In this document: positions 16,235-27,136 of the stretch, piece by piece
How positions within the stretch are numbered: the stretch's first letter is position 1
Layout of the letters: each line of letters opens with the position of its first letter
Source: a virus
Taxonomy: Duplodnaviria; Caudoviricetes
IMG/VR virus record: IMGVR_UViG_3300009716_000731
Location: 64,001 to 128,000 of that record
Strand: one strand, 5' to 3'
Length of the DNA: 64,000 nucleotides
Position numbers and translations under genes: made by a program
Notes under the pieces: generated by a model
What the model saw: only the letters and a program-made list of their open reading frames with translations
What the model was told of the DNA's origin: nothing
Databases searched by the model: none

Positions 16235-18799
16235 ATGAGATATTTAGATAAAAGATCTGACTTTCTTTCGCAAAGACAACATATAAAAACAGATAAAATT
16301 GAGTCTATTTATGAAGCACAATCAGGTGCTGGTCCTTTTGCTAATGATGTTGGTTGGAATGATTCCTTATTGGGTAGATTGATAAATCATATGATTAGAA
16401 AAGCTAGAATAGCAGCTAAAGTTCCAAGAATAAAAAATCTTATAGAGAGATTAAATGCTGCTTTCGAAGAGTTAGTTGGACAGTCTACCGTATTTAAGAC
16501 TAGTTCTGAAACACAAACAATAGCTATGCAAGCTCAAGTTGCATCTTTTTATTTTGAATTAATAAAAGCAGTTGAATCTGGTGAACCTGTATCTATATTA
16601 AAGAAACTAACAGATGAAGCAATAATAAAAACAAAAAGTTTGCCAGATTTTGATAAAAAGGATATTTTATTAGAGGAATTAAAGAAGTTTAGAGAATTTT
16701 TGGATCAATTTAAGGATGGTGAAGAATCTATAACTGGTGAAGATGATTCAAATGATGATGTTTCTCAGTATGGGATTATGGTTAAAAATCTACAAGCTTT
16801 AGCTCTTATTTTAGCAAACTATAAAAAAGTTAATTTAGGTGTTACGACACAATCGAAATTAATACCAGAATTAATTAAGGATAAAGAATATATGCTTGAT
16901 GATGATGTTGTTAAGTTAGTAGATCCTACAAATGTTGGAACACCAGAACAACCGAAAGTTACTGTTATTTATAGAGATAAGGTTACAAAAACATATAAGC
17001 CTAATTCTAAACCAGTTGTTATTCCTGCTGCTAAGTTAAAAGAATTAACAAAAGAAGCAGCAGCTCCTATCAGAAGTAATTCATATGGTAATGTCGGAGG
17101 TTCTAATATTGATAGAAATAATGTTACTGGTACAGAAGATCATTTAACACAAGCTTTTTCAAAGCTTAAAAAAGATATAGAGGTTTTAATATCAGCTAAA
17201 GAAAAAGGAATATCAGTTGATAATAATTTTATTAATGATATTTTAACTAATTCAAAGAATACAAAGTCTAAAGATATTATAAAGTCTTTATATACTGAGA
17301 TTAATAGATATTTAGTTGGTGATAAGAAAGCTACAATACAAGAAAGGGATGCTTTATATAAAGAAAGTATTGATATTCTTTCTGATAAAAATAAACTTGC
17401 TATTATTGCTGAGAAAATTGCAAGATTTTCTAAAAGAGCAATTCAGTTTGATGGTCAGAATATGTATGGTGGGTTAGGTGACTTTGGTGCTAATCTAAAG
17501 TCATTTGTAGATACTATTAAGCAAATAAAATCGTTCAAACTAAGTACTATTAGTGAGAGTGTTTTATCATATTCTTTGTTTTTAGAGCAAGTTACTACAT
17601 TAGAAGGAGATTCTAAAAAAATATTAAACTTCTTTAACGAAACTTGTGTTGAGGTTAGAAAATTTACACTAAGTAAGGAAGATTTAGAGAAAGCTAGAAA
17701 GGAATATGAAGAAAAAAGCAAAGATGAATCTGAAGTTATTATGTCTATGGACCCTATTATAGAAATAATGAATCTATTCATAAAATCTTATAAGCTTTAT
17801 ACAGTTAAAACAATTACTAAGAGAACAGAGAATGTTGATACTAATACTTTATCAGAATATACGCCTTTAGGTTCTGCTGATGATACTGGTAGAAAAGGTC
17901 CTTATAGAAATAATAAGCTATTTGATATGTGGGAAGAAGCTGTAAATAATATTAGAAAGAATAGAAAATATCAAGTTTTCTTTACAGATCAAGCTAGTCT
18001 TAGATTACCGTCCGTTCCGGATCCAAATCCTTATAACTCAGAAGACTGGAAAGTTAGACCAAAAGCAGGTAGACAATTTAGTAAATTTATTAATGATGTT
18101 ATGGATGGTGATAAATTATATAAATCATCTGATAGTAGAGGTTCTGTTGCTAGATTTTTAGATGAATATTTTGGTGATGGTTCTACTACAAAAGAACAAC
18201 AAGGTAGAATAGATAGTACTGGATTACAAGATAATGCTCAGATAGAAGAGCAAATTAATAATAACGCCATTAATCTTAAGATGATTAAAAGTGAGAATAC
18301 TGATGGTAACTATGTTAATACTTTTTTTACCATTACTTTTGATAAGTTAGATAAAGATGGAAAAGAAACTGGAAAAGGTCAATATTCTTTCTATGTTGGA
18401 GATAACGAATTTAATTTAATGTTTAATACTGGGATTAGTTTATTTAGTGATATGCTTACCTCTATTGGTCCTAAGAGAAGTATTGATAAAGGAGAAATGG
18501 ATAATTTGTCTAATAGTAGAGGTGATATGTACTTTACTCGTATTAAAGATATTAGAAATATTCTAGCAGGAAACACTCTTGATTTAGGCTATGTTCAGAT
18601 CGCAAAAGAGTCTAGTCTTAGAAATCAAAAAATAAAATTAACTGGATTATATAGATTAGTCTATGAGAAAGAACCAGGTAAGCTTTATAGATTAGAAGGT
18701 GATGATTTAACAAAATGGAATAATATTTTAAGAAGTAAAAATATACCTAGTATTAAATCTAAAGTAGATATAAAAAATCCTGAAATAAAGAAAGTATAA
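16235..18799 (+). CDS. large tagged hypothetical protein, probable virion or internal head protein
   Basis: 854 aa; MRYLDKRSDFL...IYEA; internal tag-like SYSLFLE; upstream of sheath. Confidence 0.7.
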   Translation: MRYLDKRSDFLSQRQHIKTDKIESIYEAQSGAGPFANDVGWNDSLLGRLINHMIRKARIAAKVPRIKNLIERLNAAFEELVGQSTVFKTSSETQTIAMQAQVASFYFELIKAVESGEPVSILKKLTDEAIIKTKSLPDFDKKDILLEELKKFREFLDQFKDGEESITGEDDSNDDVSQYGIMVKNLQALALILANYKKVNLGVTTQSKLIPELIKDKEYMLDDDVVKLVDPTNVGTPEQPKVTVIYRDKVTKTYKPNSKPVVIPAAKLKELTKEAAAPIRSNSYGNVGGSNIDRNNVTGTEDHLTQAFSKLKKDIEVLISAKEKGISVDNNFINDILTNSKNTKSKDIIKSLYTEINRYLVGDKKATIQERDALYKESIDILSDKNKLAIIAEKIARFSKRAIQFDGQNMYGGLGDFGANLKSFVDTIKQIKSFKLSTISESVLSYSLFLEQVTTLEGDSKKILNFFNETCVEVRKFTLSKEDLEKARKEYEEKSKDESEVIMSMDPIIEIMNLFIKSYKLYTVKTITKRTENVDTNTLSEYTPLGSADDTGRKGPYRNNKLFDMWEEAVNNIRKNRKYQVFFTDQASLRLPSVPDPNPYNSEDWKVRPKAGRQFSKFINDVMDGDKLYKSSDSRGSVARFLDEYFGDGSTTKEQQGRIDSTGLQDNAQIEEQINNNAINLKMIKSENTDGNYVNTFFTITFDKLDKDGKETGKGQYSFYVGDNEFNLMFNTGISLFSDMLTSIGPKRSIDKGEMDNLSNSRGDMYFTRIKDIRNILAGNTLDLGYVQIAKESSLRNQKIKLTGLYRLVYEKEPGKLYRLEGDDLTKWNNILRSKNIPSIKSKVDIKNPEIKKV

Positions 18800-19359
18800 T
18801 GAATCATATAAAAAGTTATAAATTATTTTTAGAAGAGGCTGAGTTTGATGTTTTAAGCTCGGATTCTGCTGACGTTAAGGTTGCAAAAGAAAAAATGCAA
18901 ACCATGAAAACTTATATAACTGACTATAAGAATAAAAAACCACTAATCGATAAAATTTATACTGAAATTAAAGATCCTAAAAAAATTGAAGATGAGTTAA
19001 AAAAAGTTTTAGGGCAAACTGATGTTATGAATGGTAAAGATAGAAATCCATTTTTGGTTGAATACACTCACGTTGCAAAACTAAATGCTGATGTTACACA
19101 AATGGGTAAAGATAACCTAAATGATAAAATAAAATTGGATGATTTTCAGCAGGAATTAAGATATGCTAAAGAACAAACGGTTAAAGATGTAGTTAATAAA
19201 AAAATAGCAGATGTAAATAAAAGAATGTTAGATAGAACTAAGAATATACAAACATTAAGTGATCAGTATAGACAAAGTTTGAAAGAACATACCGATAAAA
19301 TGGGCAAGATTGAAAAAGAAATGTCCGATAATATTAAAAAAATATCTAATGTAATCTAA
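18799..19359 (+). CDS. tagged coiled-coil protein (MNHIKSYKLFLEE)
   Basis: ORF track, coupled to previous gene. Confidence 0.7.
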   Translation: MNHIKSYKLFLEEAEFDVLSSDSADVKVAKEKMQTMKTYITDYKNKKPLIDKIYTEIKDPKKIEDELKKVLGQTDVMNGKDRNPFLVEYTHVAKLNADVTQMGKDNLNDKIKLDDFQQELRYAKEQTVKDVVNKKIADVNKRMLDRTKNIQTLSDQYRQSLKEHTDKMGKIEKEMSDNIKKISNVI

Positions 19360-19387
19360 AAATAGAAAAAATATCATTTTTTTCTTT

Positions 19388-19396
19388 TAATATATA
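19388..19396 (+). promoter_or_regulatory. putative late promoter TAATATATA (sheath gene)
   Basis: Same 9-mer recurs upstream of many structural and tagged genes; analogous to T4 TATAAATA. Confidence 0.65.
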
Positions 19397-19423
19397 CATT
19401 AAAATAAAAATAAAAAATTAAAT

Positions 19424-22400
19424 ATGGCAATTCAAATTGGAAAATACAAAAGACCTGGTATCTTCATAGAAGAGATTGATAAGTCAGTTTTTACAACACC
19501 AACTGTTGAGGGTATTACAAACTTAGTTATGGGTGTTTCCAAAAAAGGACCTGTTAATACACCAATCAGATTGACTAGTGTCAATGACTTAGAGGCTGTT
19601 TTCGGACCTCTAGATAGAAATTTAGAAAGAAAAGGTTCTTTTTTCCACAGAACTGTTTCAAAAATGCTTGAGACATCTCCTGTTTTTGCGATGAACTTAT
19701 TACTTACTGATGACACATTAGATGTAATTGAGTATAAATCACTTTCTTCCTCTGCATATTATCTTAATGATATTAAAAGAGAAGGACCTTACAGAAGATT
19801 CTTTGACACGACTGGTTTCTGGAAAAGAGACACTGAATCTTTCATAAATTTAACAAAACCTAATACAGGATACTCAGAAAGAGCTTTTAGCTTTACTAAC
19901 TTATCTGATAGATATGTTACTGTTTTTGTTATCAAATCACAGAGAACAGGTTTTGATAGAACATTATTAGAATGGTATGGTTCTATTGAGAAAATGCCTG
20001 CTTACTTAAATCCACAAGATTATGCATCCGATTATTTAGTAGATGTAGTGGTTATTGCAGGTGATTGGACTGACTATAAAAACTTAGCGGTTGATAACAG
20101 ATGGGGTCAATACTTTAATGCAGAAGGTTTGATCAAAACTCAATTAAGAGCTTTTGCTAATGATAGAAATATTACTACTTTAGCTTATGCAGAAGGTCTT
20201 TCATTAATTCCATATTTTAGAGATTTAGAAGGTCAAAATATATTTATCGAAACTGTTATTAATAGAGGAACAGATCAACATGGTGTTTTCTGCGCATTTA
20301 ATGCAGATTTAGTTGAAAAAGATTTCTACTCTGGTTTAGTTGATTTACTTGGTGCTACACTAGTAGGTTCTGAGAAAAGAGAAATTGATTTCCTTTCTTA
20401 TAAAGAAACTATCGTACAATCAGTAGATTATGTAGCTACTCCGTTAGACTTACCTGGTAATGTTGTTGCTTTATTTGGTACTTATTCATATAAAGATCAA
20501 CAAGGTCACGCATTTGGTGATCCTAAACAAACTGGTATTGTTTATAATGGTGCTAATAGAACTGCTTGGTTTACAGAAGGTGCTATATTAAATGTTAATT
20601 TATCGGAAAATACAGGTGTTACTGGATCTGGTACTTCATCTTTTGTTAGAATAGGTTATCATGCTGATGTTGATGCGTTTGCTGTTATTGGTGGTGAGTA
20701 TGTTGCGGTTGCATCTGGTACTTATTCAACAACATTAAGATCAATTGATTATCCTTATAGCACATCAACTGCTAGTTATTTTACTACGTTTTTTTTAAGT
20801 ACGAATGGTGATATATCAAGTGTTTCCTCATATACACCAGGAGTTAAACCAACTGTTAATGCTAGTGATTTAGTGTTGGGTTATGTTCAACTAAATGTAA
20901 ATGCAAATGTGTTTACTAGTATTTCATTTAGTTCAGTCACTTTGAGTTCATCAACTGTGGATGATATAGTTGATCCAGGTTATGTTGATGGTGTTTACCT
21001 ATCACAAGGAACATTTGGTGACTTCGGATATGGTACTAACTCAACAGTACATGACTATTATATCTATGATATGAGTAATCAAGTTGGTTATTCAACTGGT
21101 GATATTAAAGTTGTATTCTGGGGTACTGATGCATCTGTTGATGTTAAAAACTATGAACAATATAGAAAAATTAAAATGTTTAACTCTATTGTTTCTATTA
21201 TAAATGGAACATTCAAAGATAGAGCTACATTGATAGTATCAGAAGATGGTAATGGTAAAAAAGTTAAGAAAAGTTTATCAGAAATGGTTGTTACAGAAGT
21301 TATTACATCTGCATCACAAAACAAATCTTTTGTTATAAAAACAGGATTAGCTGATGTAAGTTACTTAACTTCTGGTAAGTTTACTTTATATGCAACTGAT
21401 AACGAGTTCATATTAGGTTCAAATGGTTTAAGAACTCATGATTTACCAGCAACTACAACAACTGGTGTTGTTGCTAAATATTCAGAATTCTATCAAAACT
21501 TTGAAGGTGGTTTAATAAACTCAAAAGATTATTTTTATGTAAATAGATTATATACTGATGAGAGTTTTGTGTCACCAAATCAAACAACTTCTATATTGTA
21601 TAATGGTGAAGCACAAACTGTTAATGTTACATTTGTTAATGGTGAGACATCTCCAAGTCCTACTAATATAGTGACTGGTGTTAATAGCACGTATGCTGGA
21701 TATAATTATGTTGTTTTTGAAACACCTAATTTAAGTGCTGCAAATGCTGCTAACTCATTAAACTTACAAGTTTTAGAAAACATTAAATTCCCAACATCTG
21801 TGAATAATATGGTATCACTTACTATTGAAGAGTCTATTATACCAACACAAACTCCAGCTCAACTTGCTACAAGTTTAGGTTTCACTGGAAGTAATTATAT
21901 TGCTTATCAAGTTACTGAAAATGTTACTTACGAGCAGCTTGAAAATGTTACTATGATGTGGGGAGTTAATGACGATAGTACTTATTATCTAAAAATGTTT
22001 ACTGATATTGATGGAGCATTAGAAGTTTCATTTATGACTGATAATACTTTACAATCTATTGTAAATGGAATTGATCCTGTTTCTAACTATCATATTCAAG
22101 TTCAATCTGAGTTATCTAATTTAAGACAAACAGTTGAAATTGAAACAGTTGCTGGTTATACAGAAGTTCCAAACAAGATTCTTGTTAATGGTTCAAGATA
22201 TGCTGAAATTAAAGTTGGTGATTTCTTAGAAGCAGATAACTCTGATATTGCAATGAAGTTAGGACAAGAGTTCCAAAGAAATTACACTAGAGTATTAAGT
22301 AAAAGACAATATGCTGGTAATACAGAATTAACTGAAATTACTTGTGATGCTAAAATCAAGAAAGTAGCTTATATTAATGATAATGGTGGTTTAGATTATC

Positions 22401-23488
22401 AAACAACAAGATATTCAACAGTAGATCAATATGCTACTACTTATAAAGGTATTGCTCTTAAAGGATTTAGAATTAGACAAGCGTCTATGCCTGATGGTAC
22501 AGAAGCTAAACAAAATCAAATCTTAAACTTAGTAGCTAAAGGAACACCTTTATTCAAAGCTTTAATTAACAAAGAAGCATTTGACTTTAGATATTTAGTT
22601 GATGCATTTGGTTTAGGTTTAACAGAAAGATCAAAACAACAATTAGTAGATATTTGTGGTGAGAGATTAAATGTATTTGGTTTCATTAATATGCCGTCAT
22701 TAAAATCATTCAAAAACTCATCATCTCCAAGCTTCGTAAATGCTGAGGGTGTTTTACAAGCTGAGTATATCGCTAAAGGTGGTGATCCTGAAAGTAATCC
22801 AGCTTTCTTGTACTCATTTGGTGATGGACCTGGTGTAACAACAGTTGGTTATTTTACTCCATATGTTACAGTAAATGATAATGGTAGACCATTAGATGTT
22901 CCGCCTGCATCATATGTAGCTACAACATTTATGAGAAAACACATCTCTAATGTTAGTTCGGTTACACCTTGGACAATTGCAGCTGGTGTTGTAAACGGTA
23001 GAGTAACAAATATTGCTGGTGTTGAACACGAGTTTGATCCAACAGATATTGAATTCTTAAATGGTGCACAAATGAACCCTATTGTTCTTAAACGTAATAG
23101 AGGTTATGTGATCGAAACTGAGAATACTGCACTTACACTTTATAAATCAGCTTTATCTTTCATTCACGTAAGAGAAGTTCTTGTAGAGTTAGAAAGAGAG
23201 TTAGCAGCAATGTTACTTGATTACCAATGGAGATTTAATACTCCTGATGTTAGAGCTGAAATTAAGTTAAGAGCTGATGTTATCTGTGAGACTTACGTAA
23301 ATAAAAATGGTTTATTTAACTACTTTAATAAAATGGATGATGAAAATAATACTTCTGATATTATCGATAACCAAATTGGTGTATTAGATACTTATGTAGA
23401 ACCAATTAAGGGTATGGGTATCATAGTAAATAATATTACTATTTTAAGAACAGGTGCTATTGCAGCAGGTGGTTTCCTTAATGCATAA
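19424..23488 (+). CDS. contractile tail sheath protein with large insertion
   Basis: RPGIFIEEID, KKGPVNTP, VPPASYVA, PWTIAAG..G, HVREVL, FNTPDVR, C-terminal YVEPIKGM. Confidence 0.93.
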   Translation: MAIQIGKYKRPGIFIEEIDKSVFTTPTVEGITNLVMGVSKKGPVNTPIRLTSVNDLEAVFGPLDRNLERKGSFFHRTVSKMLETSPVFAMNLLLTDDTLDVIEYKSLSSSAYYLNDIKREGPYRRFFDTTGFWKRDTESFINLTKPNTGYSERAFSFTNLSDRYVTVFVIKSQRTGFDRTLLEWYGSIEKMPAYLNPQDYASDYLVDVVVIAGDWTDYKNLAVDNRWGQYFNAEGLIKTQLRAFANDRNITTLAYAEGLSLIPYFRDLEGQNIFIETVINRGTDQHGVFCAFNADLVEKDFYSGLVDLLGATLVGSEKREIDFLSYKETIVQSVDYVATPLDLPGNVVALFGTYSYKDQQGHAFGDPKQTGIVYNGANRTAWFTEGAILNVNLSENTGVTGSGTSSFVRIGYHADVDAFAVIGGEYVAVASGTYSTTLRSIDYPYSTSTASYFTTFFLSTNGDISSVSSYTPGVKPTVNASDLVLGYVQLNVNANVFTSISFSSVTLSSSTVDDIVDPGYVDGVYLSQGTFGDFGYGTNSTVHDYYIYDMSNQVGYSTGDIKVVFWGTDASVDVKNYEQYRKIKMFNSIVSIINGTFKDRATLIVSEDGNGKKVKKSLSEMVVTEVITSASQNKSFVIKTGLADVSYLTSGKFTLYATDNEFILGSNGLRTHDLPATTTTGVVAKYSEFYQNFEGGLINSKDYFYVNRLYTDESFVSPNQTTSILYNGEAQTVNVTFVNGETSPSPTNIVTGVNSTYAGYNYVVFETPNLSAANAANSLNLQVLENIKFPTSVNNMVSLTIEESIIPTQTPAQLATSLGFTGSNYIAYQVTENVTYEQLENVTMMWGVNDDSTYYLKMFTDIDGALEVSFMTDNTLQSIVNGIDPVSNYHIQVQSELSNLRQTVEIETVAGYTEVPNKILVNGSRYAEIKVGDFLEADNSDIAMKLGQEFQRNYTRVLSKRQYAGNTELTEITCDAKIKKVAYINDNGGLDYQTTRYSTVDQYATTYKGIALKGFRIRQASMPDGTEAKQNQILNLVAKGTPLFKALINKEAFDFRYLVDAFGLGLTERSKQQLVDICGERLNVFGFINMPSLKSFKNSSSPSFVNAEGVLQAEYIAKGGDPESNPAFLYSFGDGPGVTTVGYFTPYVTVNDNGRPLDVPPASYVATTFMRKHISNVSSVTPWTIAAGVVNGRVTNIAGVEHEFDPTDIEFLNGAQMNPIVLKRNRGYVIETENTALTLYKSALSFIHVREVLVELERELAAMLLDYQWRFNTPDVRAEIKLRADVICETYVNKNGLFNYFNKMDDENNTSDIIDNQIGVLDTYVEPIKGMGIIVNNITILRTGAIAAGGFLNA

Positions 23489-23504
23489 TATTTAATTATA
23501 AATT

Positions 23505-23535
23505 AAAAAAGAGAGAATTAATTCTCTCTTTTTTT
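23505..23535 (+). terminator. intrinsic terminator
   Basis: AAAAAAGAGAGAAT-TA-ATTCTCTCTTTTTTT palindrome after sheath. Confidence 0.8.
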
Positions 23536-23583
23536 ATGAACAAATATAGGTGTCTTTAATATATATGTAAAAAGGTATGTTTT

Positions 23584-25263
23584 ATGAATTTAGATATATT
23601 TAGAAATCCAGATCCTTCTGGTAGAATGTCAAAAGAATCTTATGTAATAAATAATTATAAAGATGAATATGATTATATAATTTCTATAATTAAAGAAGAA
23701 ATGCCATTTAAGGAGAAGGTTTTTTTAGTATTAAATGGTATGTCAAATTCGCCAATTTGTAAAAATCCTAATTGTGATAATAAAGTAAAATTCAAAAATT
23801 CAACAATTGGTTATTTAAGATATTGTTCTAATAAATGTATATCATCAGATCCAGATATAAAAAAAATAAAAGAACAAAAATCATTGGAAAAATGGGGAAC
23901 AAAAACTCCTGCGGAATCTAATCAAATAAAAGAAAAGATTATAAATACAAATAATAAAAAATATGGTGGAAATTCTGCTATGTGTTCTGAGAATGTGAAA
24001 AGTAAATCTAAATTAACACTAATTAGTAATTATGGTGTTGATAATCCTGCAAAATCTAAAGAACTTTTAGCAAAAAGAATTGAGAAGTTTAAGATTAGTA
24101 ATTATAAGCAATCATATAAAGAAACTTCACTTAAAAAATATGGTGTTGAGCATCCTTGGATGAATAAAGATATACATAAAAAAACCATAGAGGTATTTTA
24201 TGAGAGTTATAAAGAACGAATAAATGATAAAATTGATAAATCAGAATATGAATTTATATCATTTGGTAAAGATTTTTCTACTTTATTAAAATTTATGTGT
24301 AAAAAATGTAATAATGAATTTGATATAGTTACTTATCAGTTTTATTATAGAATAAGAGGTGGTTTACCTATATGTACTAAATGTTACCCTATTTCTGATA
24401 ATTCATCAATAACTCAAATAGAATTATCTAATTTTATAAGAGAAAATTATGATGGTTGTATAATACAAAATGATAGAAATAAAATAAAACCTTATGAAAT
24501 AGATGTTTATTTACCTGATTTGAAAATTGGTTTTGAGTTTAATGGTGTTTTTTGGCATTCTGAAAAATTTAAGGATGATAATTATCATTGTAAAAAATAT
24601 AAATTAGCAATAGATAATGATATAAAACTATATACAATTTGGGAAGATGATTGGAATATTAAAAATAAGATATGCAAATCTTTTATATTAAATAAACTAT
24701 CTAAATCTATAAAAATTGGAGCTAGAAAAACAAAAATAAAAGAAGTAAAATACTTACAATCTAAAAAATTTTTAGAAGAAAATCACTTACAAGGTGATGT
24801 TAAATCTTCTGTTAGAATAGGTCTTTTTCATAATAATGAATTAGTAAGTTTAATGACTTTTTCTAAGCTTAGATTACCATTGAATAGAAAATTATCAAAA
24901 AATGAAAGTGTTTATGAGTTAACAAGATTTTGTAATAAAATAAACCATACAATAACTGGTGGGTCTTCTAAATTATTAAAATATTTTATATTAAAATATA
25001 ATCCGGTTGAAATTCAAACTTACTCTGATAATTTAATTTCAAATGGTGATTTATATCAAAAATTAGGATTTTCATATAAGCACGAATCAAACCCAGGATA
25101 TTGGTATCTTATAAATGGTGTTAGAGAATATAGATTTAATTGGAGGAAACAAAAATTAGTATCTATGGGTTATGATGTTAATAAATCGGAGAGAGAAATA
25201 ATGTTAGAATTGGGTTTTTATAGAATATATAATGCTGGTAATAAAAAATGGATATGGAAATAG
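23584..25263 (+). mobile_element. free-standing homing endonuclease (KYG repeats, Zn ribbons, PD-(D/E)XK; T4 Hef-like architecture)
   Basis: KKYGG/NYGV/KYGV repeats, CKKC..CTKC, EIDVYLPDLKIGFEFNGVFWH. Confidence 0.75.
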
Positions 25264-25346
25264 AAAAATAATGTTACTTTTTACTAAAAACAAAAAAACC
25301 GTTTTTTTTTTTATTAATATATACATTATAAAAAAAAATAAAAATT

Positions 25347-25809
25347 ATGAAATACATTAAATTATTTGAGAATTTTGGTGCTGTTAACCCAGAGTTAGTA
25401 AAAGCATTAAAAAAAATTGTTTTTTCTTATAAGAGTGAATTATTAGGGGAAAATGCACATCCATCAGAAGATTTTGGTGATGGAAAAGTTTTAATGAAGC
25501 TTATTGGAACTTTAATTAAAGCAGGTAATCATGATAATAGAATTTGTTCTATTTTGAGAGAATATGCTTTGTTATGTGAAGAAGATTCAGAAGGATCTAT
25601 TGTACATATACCTGAATATATTAGTGATGATGATTGTAATTATATTGCTGATTTTTTAGGTTTAGAAAGATTAGATTATTATTCAGATTGGACTAATGAA
25701 GAAGAAGATACTTGGGGCACTGATTGGTAAAATTTCTAGTGAAATAGGATCACATTTCTTTGGAAAAGATGGTAGCAGACATGTTGGCACAAAAAGATTT
25801 GGGATGTAA
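25347..25809 (+). CDS. tagged protein (MKYIKLFENF), apparently frameshifted at a G4 run (25714-25717)
   Basis: As given stops at 25730; removing one G reads on (TWALIGKISSEIG...RFGM*) to 25809, just before a terminator. Confidence 0.6.
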
Positions 25810-25814
25810 TTATT

Positions 25815-25843
25815 AAAATCCTTAGAGAAATCTAAGGATTTTT
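25815..25843 (+). terminator. intrinsic terminator
   Basis: AAAATCCTTAGA-gaaa-TCTAAGGATTTT. Confidence 0.8.
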
Positions 25844-25929
25844 TATTTTTATATAACAAAACAACTTTATTATTTATTTATATAATAGAGAGGATAAATA
25901 TCTCAATATATAAAAATAAAAACTTATTT

Positions 25930-26877
25930 ATGAGTAATAATAAAAATGACATGTCTGAAGAAGATTACTTAAAAAGACATTTAGGTGATGTAGAATCATC
26001 TAAAAAAACAAATATGCCAAGTTCATTTTCAGATTTAGTAGAGCCACAAGCTGTTGAATCTAATAGAACAACTGACTTACAATACTTATCATTTGATGTT
26101 AAAGATTTTCCTTGTGGGAAGTTTTATCCGGTGGGAACTATGTTTATGATTAGGCCAGCTCAAGTTAGAGAAATTCAAGCTTATTCTATGGTTGATGATA
26201 AAAATATCTATGATGTAGTAGAAAAAATGAATGATATGTTAATGTCTTGTGTTCGTATCAAGTATTCTGATGGAAGAATGGGTTCTTACTTAGATGTAAA
26301 AGATCAAGACAGAATTTACTTAGTTTTCTTAATTAGAGAACTAACATTCCAACAAGGAAACTCATTATCGGTTACTGCTAACTGTACTTGTGGTCAAGAA
26401 TTAGCAGTTGAGTTAAAAAGAGAAAACTTTAGATTTCATGATATAGATCCTAAATTAGATAGATATTTCTCACCATCTACTGGTTCTTTTGTATTCAAAA
26501 CAGTTAATGGTAAAGAGTATGAAATTACACCACCTACAATTGGTTTACAAAAAGCATTTACTGATTATATCATTAAAGAAAATGCAGAGAAAAAATCCCC
26601 AAACTTATCATTCTTGAAAATTATTCCATTTATGTTAAATGGAAGAACAAGTATAACTTATGATGGAATTAAAGCTAAATTAGATGAGTTCCAAAATATG
26701 GATGATATTTCTTTCCAATTCTTAAATGCTGCTGTTGATAAGATGACTTTTGGTATCCAAAAGTTATCTAAAAAATGTACGTGTGGCGAGGAGGTCCACA
26801 CGGATATGCAATTTCCCAACGGAGCCTCAGGTATTTTCGTTGTTCATGATGCCTTTGAAGCATATCTTAAAGAATAA
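25930..26877 (+). CDS. T4 gp26-like baseplate hub / tail assembly chaperone
   Basis: IRPAQVREI, DRIYLVFLIRELTF, CTCG twice; next to tube gene. Confidence 0.7.
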   Translation: MSNNKNDMSEEDYLKRHLGDVESSKKTNMPSSFSDLVEPQAVESNRTTDLQYLSFDVKDFPCGKFYPVGTMFMIRPAQVREIQAYSMVDDKNIYDVVEKMNDMLMSCVRIKYSDGRMGSYLDVKDQDRIYLVFLIRELTFQQGNSLSVTANCTCGQELAVELKRENFRFHDIDPKLDRYFSPSTGSFVFKTVNGKEYEITPPTIGLQKAFTDYIIKENAEKKSPNLSFLKIIPFMLNGRTSITYDGIKAKLDEFQNMDDISFQFLNAAVDKMTFGIQKLSKKCTCGEEVHTDMQFPNGASGIFVVHDAFEAYLKE

Positions 26878-27100
26878 GCTTCAACTACAAAAGCACTTTC
26901 ATACTCAAGAAATGGCTATGGATTTATGGCCATTTTGGATGTTTGAAGAAAACATTAAGTTAGTTAATGAGATTATGGAAGAAGAAGAAAAACATAGAAA
27001 ATCTGATGAAGAGTCACAAAGAGCTTCTATGCCAGATACAAGTTCAATGATGAAAAATGCTCAAAATATGACAAGTAATATGAACTTTCCTAAGTTCTAA
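26846..27100 (+). CDS. gp51-like small hub-assembly protein (possibly the +1 frameshift extension of the previous gene)
   Basis: MDLWPFWMFEENIKLV motif; overlaps the end of 25930..26877 in the +1 frame. Confidence 0.6.
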   Translation: MMPLKHILKNKLQLQKHFHTQEMAMDLWPFWMFEENIKLVNEIMEEEEKHRKSDEESQRASMPDTSSMMKNAQNMTSNMNFPKF

Positions 27101-27101
27101 A

Positions 27102-27136
27102 ATAATAAAAGCCACTTTTTAAGTGGCTTTTATTAT
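27102..27136. terminator. bidirectional intrinsic terminator
   Basis: AATAATAAAAGCCACTT-ttt-AAGTGGCTTTTATTATT between convergent genes. Confidence 0.8.
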
